Shown here piece by piece: positions 40,138-48,314 of a stretch of 64,000 nucleotides of DNA (its first letter is position 1; each line of letters begins with the position of its first letter). Position numbers and translations under genes: made by a program. The DNA lies in NCBI GenBank assembly GCA_017642535.1, contig JAGCOW010000048.1, positions 10,920 to 74,919 of the forward strand. Direction: 5' to 3'. The notes under the pieces are model-generated. The model ran no database searches. It saw only the letters and a program-made list of their open reading frames with translations, and was not told the DNA's origin. This DNA is from Bacteroidales bacterium. GTDB lineage: Bacteria > Bacteroidota > Bacteroidia > Bacteroidales > UBA1715.

Positions 40138-42867
40138 TTATTCTACGTATCTTGTTGATTCTAACCACCACGTTCCGTCACCGTCGTACAGCAACGTCGC
40201 AACACACGACTGGTTAGCCTCTCCTGTCGAAAAATCAAACTCGCTTGGATTCTTAACGGCAACGGTAGAACCGTTTCCGTCGTCCATAACGATGTAGAGA
40301 TTTCTTCCGCCTGTGGAATCCTGCACGATTTTGAGTTGACAAGAAAATGCGTTGCTTTTCAATGTTTGTATGTTTGGCAATACGATTGTATTGTTGCTGC
40401 CTGTGAGCGTAAATTTCATCATCTTCTTTATGTCGCTCAATACAAGTGTGCCGCTCACATTCACATTGCTGACGTCTGAACTTTTGAATACGCCACCTGT
40501 AGTTATTCCCGTAGGGTCGAATGTCGCACCGCTCTTTGCTATCCAACGCAAAACGTCACGTAAGTTTACCGAATAGAGGAATGTTACTGAATAAGGCGGT
40601 ATATGCTGTGCCAAACCTGTATAAGGATTTTCACTGTATATGGTTGTTCCGAATATGTGCATATCTCCGAAATCCCATACGTTCAACAATCCGTTGAAAG
40701 CAACGTCGCTCGTCTCATATTGAGCAAGCTCGTACATCAGATTCACACCGTCGGTCAGTTGTGCGAGAACTTCGGGGTCTTCATAATCTGCCGTGAAGTA
40801 CAACACGCCATTTTCGTCGGTCTGTGCGTTACGCAAGTGTGATAGAGTGTCGTGTGTGATTGTCGTCGTGCTGCGTTTTATCACGCTTGAAAGCGACGAT
40901 GTTTTATAACCCATAAACTGTTCTTCGTCAGTTTGGGTAGAAGGGTTATACACCGTTTGTGTCCAACGTGACCATTGCAAATCAGCCGTATTCGCAACGC
41001 CTATGCGTTTAATATACTTGCCGTCGCTATTGATTTCATCACAAGCAGAGCCAATGCCATACAATCCATATTCGGAGCATACGGCAGGAAGATTCAACAC
41101 GCTTTCCTCATAATCCACGAAAGAGAATTGGCTCTCTCCATACGACCACGCAAACTGAATAGACAAACAATCTTGTTTTGCGGTAAGTAGTGAAAATACA
41201 ATCCAACCGTTATCGGGAGCGATGTATGTAGAAGCGTTTCCGTGCGTTCCACGTGTAAGAATTGTAACTTCGTCGGTCTCGTCAGTCGGTTGCGGTATCT
41301 GAAATCCAAGATACTCGAATCCTATTCCCGACAATGTTTCGCCACTTTTTACGACTGGTACATATCCATTGTTACCGCCGTCCACGCCTTGCAACACATT
41401 TACAAAAAACAACGTGTACGACGAATCGCTTGTTATTGTTCCGTCGCTATTGAGTTTCTTTCCGACAATGCGTTTTGCTTCGTCTTGGTAATTGAATAGA
41501 TTTGTTCCACGGCTCACAATGTGAGTTGCTGTAAACGGCTTTAATTTGCCGTCGTCTTCGCCAATTAGCGACAAAATAAGATTACCTGTAATCTTTTTCA
41601 GAATGCCTGTTGAAGATTCTGCAATACTGACTTCGCCACCGCTCGTTTGCCAAACAAATGCTGTGTTGTCAATAACAGCGTCGTCCTCGTTTGGCGTTAT
41701 GTCACGTGCAAATCCAACGGACAATGCCGAAAAATAGCCTGCAAGTTCTCCTATAAGCGGTTGCCATTTTTCGCCATCGAAATAATAATGTGTACCAGCA
41801 GGAATGTTGCCGTGTCTGTCCGTAACCTTATATGTTCCGTATGTCGTTTCATTTTCGGGCAATTCTGCGTATTCACATTCCCCTTTGTAACTAAACAAGT
41901 TTGCGATTGCACGGCTTATTTCGCCGCCTATCATCGAATATACGTAGTCTTTATGTATTGTAACATATCCTGTCGTGCTTGAAATCAACGTCTCTGAAAC
42001 GTATGTAGTCACAAAACGACCGTGTATGTGCAATGTAGGCGACGCTAAATTCGTGATTGTGCCTACTGGCACGTGCGAATAGTAGTTATAAATGTTGCAA
42101 GCCTTATCAACGTTTGTTGTAAGAGGGTTTGCTATTGTCGTTCCACCATACGGATTGAATGTAACGACAAAAGACACTTCGTTGTCGAAACGTATGTTCA
42201 ACTCTTTTGAACGATTAAGACTTGTGATTTTCAACTGCCAAATATCCTTAATCGGTTGCCCCGAAATGATTATATCCTTTACATTGGGATTTATATTCCA
42301 TTCCGTATAAGTTTCGGCAGTATGTTCTACGGTCGGTGCGACAATAGGAGTGGAGCAAAATATCTTTATGCTGTCGTCTGCTACTGACAACGCCTGTATA
42401 AGTTCCTCCCACGATTCAACACACACTTGCATACGACCAATGTCATATTTGTATTTTTGCTCTCCATACGCCTGTCTTGCAACTGCAATTTCGTCGCCGT
42501 GTTTTGTGACCGTAGGTAATGGAGACAAACCACTAATTGAATCGTTATACGCTGACACATCGAGAATTTCCTCGTAGCTCCATTCTTCCTCGTTCCACAT
42601 CAACGCACAGAGCGAAGTTGTCGGGAAATTCAACTCGTCGAAATTCACATACACGCCACGCTCCAAGCCCCAAGCAAGATAATACACTTTGCCCTGTGTC
42701 GTGTCGGGAACGGTGTTTTGTTCTGCCATACCCATATACGTATAGCCGTCAAGTATTTCGCTCTTCGCTTCAATCGCCTCTTCAATGTCGGATTCGCTTA
42801 CAGTTGATTCGACAGTTATAATGTCGAATTTTCCCGTAAATGGATTGTATGTGACTTTCTTTTTCAT
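40138..42867 (-). CDS. Large putative spike/fibre-like virion protein
   Basis: N-terminal YNPFTGKFD; beta-rich body; C-terminal IVQDSTGGR...LLYDGDGTW resembles fibre C-termini. Confidence 0.55.
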   Translation of the reverse strand: MKKKVTYNPFTGKFDIITVESTVSESDIEEAIEAKSEILDGYTYMGMAEQNTVPDTTQGKVYYLAWGLERGVYVNFDELNFPTTSLCALMWNEEEWSYEEILDVSAYNDSISGLSPLPTVTKHGDEIAVARQAYGEQKYKYDIGRMQVCVESWEELIQALSVADDSIKIFCSTPIVAPTVEHTAETYTEWNINPNVKDIIISGQPIKDIWQLKITSLNRSKELNIRFDNEVSFVVTFNPYGGTTIANPLTTNVDKACNIYNYYSHVPVGTITNLASPTLHIHGRFVTTYVSETLISSTTGYVTIHKDYVYSMIGGEISRAIANLFSYKGECEYAELPENETTYGTYKVTDRHGNIPAGTHYYFDGEKWQPLIGELAGYFSALSVGFARDITPNEDDAVIDNTAFVWQTSGGEVSIAESSTGILKKITGNLILSLIGEDDGKLKPFTATHIVSRGTNLFNYQDEAKRIVGKKLNSDGTITSDSSYTLFFVNVLQGVDGGNNGYVPVVKSGETLSGIGFEYLGFQIPQPTDETDEVTILTRGTHGNASTYIAPDNGWIVFSLLTAKQDCLSIQFAWSYGESQFSFVDYEESVLNLPAVCSEYGLYGIGSACDEINSDGKYIKRIGVANTADLQWSRWTQTVYNPSTQTDEEQFMGYKTSSLSSVIKRSTTTITHDTLSHLRNAQTDENGVLYFTADYEDPEVLAQLTDGVNLMYELAQYETSDVAFNGLLNVWDFGDMHIFGTTIYSENPYTGLAQHIPPYSVTFLYSVNLRDVLRWIAKSGATFDPTGITTGGVFKSSDVSNVNVSGTLVLSDIKKMMKFTLTGSNNTIVLPNIQTLKSNAFSCQLKIVQDSTGGRNLYIVMDDGNGSTVAVKNPSEFDFSTGEANQSCVATLLYDGDGTWWLESTRYVE

Positions 42868-42871
42868 AGTT

Positions 42872-43987
42872 TTATTGTTGTAAGAGTTCTATCTTCTGAA
42901 TGAGACTGTTGTCGTTGTGGAACGCACCCATAAGTTGCCAAATACGTTCAAAATCTTCGTCGGAAAGTGTTTTTAGGAATTTACCGATTTCAGCAATCTT
43001 TTGTGAACGCTCATCGTCGGCTACTGGTTCTACTTCAACGTCTGTCACGGGTGCTGCAACTGTTTGTTGAGCAACTTCGTTGTCATCGTTATCAAGCATT
43101 TTCTTGAAATCCTCGCCGTTCATACCTGCAAGACTTCCGACAAACGATGCGTGTTTGCGTGCAAGATTCTCGACGATTTTTGTACCAACTCCTATTAGAG
43201 AAACACCTGCGAATGAATGTTCTGGTTTTAGTTTCTCCAATTCCTCTATTTGCTCGTTGAGTTCGTCAATTTCATCTTCAAGTTTTTCAGAATATGCCTG
43301 TTCGTCGGCAAGCTCTTTCTTTACACCCTCAAGTTCAGATTCGAGTTTGGTTTTCTCTATTAGAAGATTGTCGTATCTTTCTTTTTCTTTCTCTCGTTTG
43401 AACTCTTCCCGGATATTATTTTCACGCACAGCCATAATAGTTCCGAAAAGCCCCATATTTTTGTTCTCAAAACCTTCAAGCGACGTATTGACGTCGAATC
43501 CCATTAGTTTGAACACGTCGTTCATTCCTGCCATACTCATACCGTTCTGCGGTTGCTCTTGTTGTGGTTGCGGTTGGGGTTGTGGCTGAACTGGATGTTC
43601 TGTCGTTTCCTCATACCGTTCCTGTTGAATGATTATATTAGTCGGCGTAGTGGCACGTTTGGTTATAATCATCCATTTGCTGTTTTTTAACGGCTGGCCA
43701 GTGGTTTTTTTAATGAGTACTTGTATTGCTATGTTATTGGGATTGCTTAATATAGTCGAAATTGTATTGTCGTAAGACGACATAATTTCGGATTCTTTCG
43801 CTCCTTTTGTCACCATAATGGTGTCCCTCGATTGGAATCCACTACCAATCGTCTCGTTCAAAAATTCAATGTCGATTCTGATTTCTTTTCCTGTCGAAAT
43901 TGCATTCGACACACGTTGTGAGATAACCGAACGTACTTCATTTTTTCGGTTCTCAATTTCTGTAATGCTTAATTCTTCTTGTGCCAT
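42872..43987 (-). CDS. Coiled-coil protein with PQ linker
   Basis: QPQPQPQP tract and a long acidic heptad coil. Confidence 0.6.
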   Translation of the reverse strand: MAQEELSITEIENRKNEVRSVISQRVSNAISTGKEIRIDIEFLNETIGSGFQSRDTIMVTKGAKESEIMSSYDNTISTILSNPNNIAIQVLIKKTTGQPLKNSKWMIITKRATTPTNIIIQQERYEETTEHPVQPQPQPQPQQEQPQNGMSMAGMNDVFKLMGFDVNTSLEGFENKNMGLFGTIMAVRENNIREEFKREKEKERYDNLLIEKTKLESELEGVKKELADEQAYSEKLEDEIDELNEQIEELEKLKPEHSFAGVSLIGVGTKIVENLARKHASFVGSLAGMNGEDFKKMLDNDDNEVAQQTVAAPVTDVEVEPVADDERSQKIAEIGKFLKTLSDEDFERIWQLMGAFHNDNSLIQKIELLQQ

Positions 43988-44009
43988 AATTCTAATTATT
44001 TAGATCTGT

Positions 44010-44372
44010 TTATGTTTTCAGTACCGGGGAGACACGAATAAAATCGAGCCGAAAGTCGGGAACATTCTCATATTTAGTTTTTACTTTAATTATGAGAAAT
44101 GTTTTGAACAGCTTATTGATAGACGTGCCCATTTGCGAAAGTTCCCTTTGTGTACATTCAATAGATTCAGTAGGCGATATGAGTTGCACCGTTGTAGTGT
44201 CTGCTACAAGGTCGTTGTTGCCAATACGGATTCCTGTCATTATAAGGCTTTCGTTAGCAAGTGACAAAACTTTTTCTTTCTCGTCAACTACTATGCTTGA
44301 CGGAGTTACAACAGTGTCATATCCAAGCGAATGCAAACGCTCCTGTTCTATCTGTACAAGTCTATCTATCAT
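44010..44372 (-). CDS. Small beta-rich putative virion protein
   Basis: Lies in the structural cluster; alternating hydrophobic strands. Confidence 0.5.
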   Translation of the reverse strand: MIDRLVQIEQERLHSLGYDTVVTPSSIVVDEKEKVLSLANESLIMTGIRIGNNDLVADTTTVQLISPTESIECTQRELSQMGTSINKLFKTFLIIKVKTKYENVPDFRLDFIRVSPVLKT

Positions 44373-44907
44373 ATTCTATGTATATTTTTACTTTGTAGTT
44401 GTTGCTAACATAGCCCGATTCCATTGGGTGATAGGCACTACGTTTCAAGTTTGGTTCAGAATCACGCTCTTCAACAATAATCGTTAGCGTGCTTCCACCT
44501 TTGAGTTCAATAGATTCAGACAACTCTATTTTGTTGTTGGCGAACGTGCTGTCGTATCGTAGGTTGTTCGCTCCAAGTGTTGTCGATGAGTTCATATTCA
44601 ATGCGACAAGCGGTGTTCCTGCGAGAATTGTCTTTGTGTTGTTTACAGAAATCGATACGTTTCCAATCTGTATGCTGTAGAAATCGTTCCACTCAATAGT
44701 AGTTCCTCCTTGACCGCTCTCCACTTTTTTTCTGTTTCTGTCGGGAAGCATTCTTTTATCGTGCCCCTTTGCCGTTAGACCATTGAGAACGGCGAAACAG
44801 CAAATCGACTTGATATTGCGTACTTTCGACGGAATATTCACAGTGCGTTGGAACACGTTGCCCCACTCACTTCTATTAGGAACTTCTATTTCTGCTATGT
44901 ACAACAT
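44362..44907 (-). CDS. Putative jelly-roll-like minor capsid protein
   Basis: Strand pattern IKSICCF..GNVSISVNN..GSTLTIIVE..YKVKIYIE parallels neighbouring genes. Confidence 0.45.
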   Translation of the reverse strand: MLYIAEIEVPNRSEWGNVFQRTVNIPSKVRNIKSICCFAVLNGLTAKGHDKRMLPDRNRKKVESGQGGTTIEWNDFYSIQIGNVSISVNNTKTILAGTPLVALNMNSSTTLGANNLRYDSTFANNKIELSESIELKGGSTLTIIVEERDSEPNLKRSAYHPMESGYVSNNYKVKIYIEYDR

Positions 44908-44912
44908 ACTTT

Positions 44913-45293
44913 TTATTCGTTTTCAAGCACAACGTATATATTTACTTTTATAGCTTCCGAAGAGCTGTTTGACAACACCAGTTCAAATTCGCTTGAACGT
45001 GCTGGAATGTTATCTTTTGAGAAATCGTACACTACTTTGTCACGTTCCACGTTGCCGTTGAATGTTACAATTGATGCGTCAGTTCCTTTTGGCAATATCT
45101 CGTTTCCTGCAATTTTTAGAAACAAACTGATTGGCGACAAGTCCTTTTTGTTTGCAGCAAAAGGCACGATGAAGAATCCTGTTGCTTTTGCATATTGTTC
45201 TTTCAATTGGTCAGAAATCACAAGTTCGCCGTCGTTGCCGTCGGCACGTGCTGGAACTTCTTGTCCACGCCATATTTGGTAACTCTTTTTCAT
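44913..45293 (-). CDS. Putative jelly-roll-like minor capsid protein
   Basis: EILPKGTD is shared with EILPPNTD of the 417-aa neighbour; all-beta pattern. Confidence 0.5.
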   Translation of the reverse strand: MKKSYQIWRGQEVPARADGNDGELVISDQLKEQYAKATGFFIVPFAANKKDLSPISLFLKIAGNEILPKGTDASIVTFNGNVERDKVVYDFSKDNIPARSSEFELVLSNSSSEAIKVNIYVVLENE

Positions 45294-45294
45294 A

Positions 45295-46548
45295 TCAACT
45301 TAATTTTTTATAGATGAAACACAGGTATAAATCCACGTTTGCGTATTCCAAATCTTTTTCGGTTGCAAGTTCGTCGTCGTTTTTGTTAAGAGTGATGAGC
45401 AATGATTTCTTAACATTACCCTCGAAGTCAAGCAATGCTTTACGCCACGATATTTTTTCGGTAGCTGCATACAGGCATACGTCGGTATTTGGTGGTAGTA
45501 TTTCGCCCTCGGTTCCCGAAAGCGACATATTATAATGTATATCGCTATTGACTACACGTTCAAATTGTTCCAACCAACTGTCGTTGTATTTAGGAGCTAC
45601 GGAGTAAATCGGGAAAGCGAACATTTTTTCCACTATTCCGTCGAATTGCAATGCCTGCTCTACGCCGAACGCAACCTGTGAATTGTCCATTTGTTCGTAT
45701 AAAAGACGATAATCGCTATCTTTATACATATTCCCGCTACCTACTGGTATTTCCAACTCGTAACCGTCGGTGTATGGGTCAACTGGTTCGTCGTATGGTT
45801 CTACGGCTGGTGCAGTTGGTTCTTCGGGTTCTGTTGGTTCTTCGTAGCGTGGAGTTTCGGGTGGTTGCGGCTCTTCGCCCTGTTCTCCTCCTTCTTCCCA
45901 CTCTTGGTGTGCAGTTTCGTAGTCAGCCCACGCTTGTTCGTTGTCAGCCCACGCTTGGTGGTCTATTTCCCATTGTGCGTGTGCAGTTTCCCATTGTGCG
46001 TGTGCAGTGTTGTAATCTTCCCACGCCTGTTGGTTTTCTTCCCACGCTTGGTGGTCAACAACCCATTGTGCGTGTGCTTCACGAAATTTATTTTGTAGAT
46101 ACGTTAGTGCCTCACGTGCCGTATCGAAATATTTTCCTTTAAGTTTGATTTTTCGGGTTTCTACAAATTCGTAACCCGTAGCTTCGTCTATTGTTTTGTC
46201 GGAACAAACGAAAACAATGTTGAAATCGTTTGCGTTTACTTTCGACAGACTATTCTTGACGAAATCTATTTTTATTTCCGAAAAGTTCACATTCAAATTA
46301 ACTTCGAGTGCTACATCTTCCCAACGATGCTTGTGTGTGCCGTATGGCTGGCTCGTCATAAACGGGAGAATCGGAAGATTGCGGCAAATCTGCTTGCCGT
46401 CTATAAGTATTGATACCATATCGATTATTTTCTTGTATTCAAACACAGAATCATTTTTACTCTCGAAAAACACGTGAGTTATTGACTTTGCACCTGCTGG
46501 TGTCTGCGTCAGAATTGTGTCGGTATCGCTTGGTATCGTATAGAACAT
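45295..46548 (-). CDS. Putative vertex/minor capsid protein: two beta domains with an inserted Trp-heptad and Pro/Glu stalk
   Basis: C-terminal half resembles 44913-45293; central (HAQW/HQAW)n repeat. Confidence 0.5.
   Translation of the reverse strand: MFYTIPSDTDTILTQTPAGAKSITHVFFESKNDSVFEYKKIIDMVSILIDGKQICRNLPILPFMTSQPYGTHKHRWEDVALEVNLNVNFSEIKIDFVKNSLSKVNANDFNIVFVCSDKTIDEATGYEFVETRKIKLKGKYFDTAREALTYLQNKFREAHAQWVVDHQAWEENQQAWEDYNTAHAQWETAHAQWEIDHQAWADNEQAWADYETAHQEWEEGGEQGEEPQPPETPRYEEPTEPEEPTAPAVEPYDEPVDPYTDGYELEIPVGSGNMYKDSDYRLLYEQMDNSQVAFGVEQALQFDGIVEKMFAFPIYSVAPKYNDSWLEQFERVVNSDIHYNMSLSGTEGEILPPNTDVCLYAATEKISWRKALLDFEGNVKKSLLITLNKNDDELATEKDLEYANVDLYLCFIYKKLS
45890..46080 (-). repeat. 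21-bp (7-aa) coding tandem repeat
   Basis: cccattgtgcgtgtgc and cccacgcttg units recur at multiples of 21 bp. Confidence 0.85.
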
Positions 46549-46578
46549 TTTTTCAGTCGGTTTGTTGAATTGATAAAT

Positions 46579-46614
46579 AAAAAAGGGCGTGCGGCGTAAT
46601 CCTCACGCCCTTTT
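46579..46614 (-). terminator. Terminator downstream of the putative major capsid gene
   Basis: AAAAGGGCGTG...CACGCCCTTTT stem, U tract on the minus strand. Confidence 0.8.
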
Positions 46615-46648
46615 CGTAAAAACCTAAATTTATTATTATGACGGAAAA

Positions 46649-47239
46649 TTAGGCTTTGTTGGTTTTAACACCGTAGAATACACATTTGATGAATGTGTTA
46701 TTCGTTGTTTCGTCGCAAGGTGCGGCTAAATACAATGTAGGAATAATATCCGACAACGGAGTTACCATTTTTGGAGAATCGAATGCTACATATCCAACCA
46801 ACTTGTCAGAATACTGACTTGTGCGGAATGCTTCGCAAGACGAACGAGGCATTAAAATGCGGTCGCCTTGTTTCAGTTCGATTTCACCATTTGCAATCGT
46901 TTGGTCGATTTTACCGTAATCAGCTGCGGCAACAGCTTCGTCAGTTGTTCCACGTGTTTTTGCAGCTGAAGATTGAAGCAACTGCATACCTGTGAACAAG
47001 GCATATTCGTTAGCTTCCAATTTACGGCTGTTTACGTTAGTTACACCTACTTTCTTTTTGTCGGCGGACTGCATCAACTCGATAGTTGTGTTAGTGCCGA
47101 TGTAACGTGCAGCATACATAGAGTAATCTACGAGTTGCACAACCTTGTTTTTCAATGCCGATTGCATTTCGACCGAAACTTGACCGATACGTGCTGCGAA
47201 TTCTTCTTTTGCAGCTGCTATTTTTACTACGTTTTCCAT
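46649..47239 (-). CDS. Putative single-jelly-roll major capsid protein
   Basis: 196 aa, beta-rich; VGVTNVNSRKL..FTGMQL, NGEIELK and C-terminal CVFYG; followed by its own terminator; fold is inferred. Confidence 0.55.
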   Translation of the reverse strand: MENVVKIAAAKEEFAARIGQVSVEMQSALKNKVVQLVDYSMYAARYIGTNTTIELMQSADKKKVGVTNVNSRKLEANEYALFTGMQLLQSSAAKTRGTTDEAVAAADYGKIDQTIANGEIELKQGDRILMPRSSCEAFRTSQYSDKLVGYVAFDSPKMVTPLSDIIPTLYLAAPCDETTNNTFIKCVFYGVKTNKA

Positions 47240-47275
47240 TGTTTTCTTATTTTTTTGTTTATACTTTTTTTTCTT

Positions 47276-47815
47276 TTACACGAAGTCAAATCCATTAACC
47301 AATGAATAGTCAGCATCACCGACCACGCCCATCATATTGCTTGGGTCGGGATGAACGACCTGCAACTCGTTGTTGTCAGGTAATTGGTCGTAGTTTGTGA
47401 TTTCCACAGTTTCGCCAACACCCGGCATAATCGGAGTTAATGGTTTATCATCATCATTACCGCTCAAAGCGATTTTAGTTTCACCAGCGATTGCGTTTAC
47501 AAGGTTTACACCACCTGCTGCGCCAATGCCAAGAGCAACCGTTTTCAAAGTGTCGTTCTTAACTGCTGCGTGAGTAACCAAGCCAACACCAATCATTGCT
47601 GCTGGAACCACAAACTTCGATGATGTTCCGTCCAAGCCCAAAAGGTCAGTTCCCGAAACAGCATCTTTCTTTTGCACGAATTTTTGTACCATAGTACCGA
47701 CTGCGATACCTGCTACAAGTGCAGCACCTTTTTTAGCATAGTTTGCTACGCCACCCATAGAGAAAGTCTTCGGGCTTTTAGTGCTGCGTCTTTTACGTTT
47801 TTTAGACTCTGCCAT
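47276..47815 (-). CDS. Putative virion membrane protein
   Basis: Basic N-terminus, 2-3 Gly/Ala-rich hydrophobic helices, acidic tail. Confidence 0.55.
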   Translation of the reverse strand: MAESKKRKRRSTKSPKTFSMGGVANYAKKGAALVAGIAVGTMVQKFVQKKDAVSGTDLLGLDGTSSKFVVPAAMIGVGLVTHAAVKNDTLKTVALGIGAAGGVNLVNAIAGETKIALSGNDDDKPLTPIMPGVGETVEITNYDQLPDNNELQVVHPDPSNMMGVVGDADYSLVNGFDFV

Positions 47816-47840
47816 TTTTGTAAAAATTTTATGTTAATAA

Positions 47841-48302
47841 CTATTGTAATGCGAGCACTTTCTTGCCCGATTTCTTACTTTTCTTACTTGTTTTTTTAGA
47901 TTTTTTTGGCTTCTTCGTACCGTTCAATGCAGCCGTTGCTGTTTTGCCCGATGCAGATGAAACACTTTTCTTCTTGTTGCCGTCAATTAACGAGTAAATG
48001 AGACAACCGCCAGCAACAACACCCAAGCAAATTGCTCCGATTTTGATGCCTCTCTTTGCCTTTTCTGATAGATTGATGTTCATAAATCCTTTCTTTTTAG
48101 TTTGACCTGTTATTTGTTTGAATAATTCTTCCGAACAAGTTGTTACATTGTACAGATTCTTCAACGCTGTTTCGGTTGCATTCCAAAACTTTCCGTCTGC
48201 CTCAACGCCTAATGCGGTCTGCAAGACCTTGATGTTTTCGCCCTGCATTCCCTTTGCAAGTGGAAAACTTTCTGCCGTGTACGATGTTGGTGTATTTGCC
48301 AT
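47841..48302 (-). CDS. Peptidoglycan-binding domain protein with TM helix and Lys-rich tail
   Basis: LAKGMQGENIKVLQTALG..ADGKF..ATETAL (PG_binding_1 pattern). Confidence 0.7.
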   Translation of the reverse strand: MANTPTSYTAESFPLAKGMQGENIKVLQTALGVEADGKFWNATETALKNLYNVTTCSEELFKQITGQTKKKGFMNINLSEKAKRGIKIGAICLGVVAGGCLIYSLIDGNKKKSVSSASGKTATAALNGTKKPKKSKKTSKKSKKSGKKVLALQ

Positions 48303-48314
48303 AGTTATAATGTA

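Noticed and set aside
40138-42867. Second VR, or proof of a tailed phage
   Set aside because: No TR match seen by eye; fibre-like domains are shared across virus types and no tail tube, tape measure or baseplate gene was recognised
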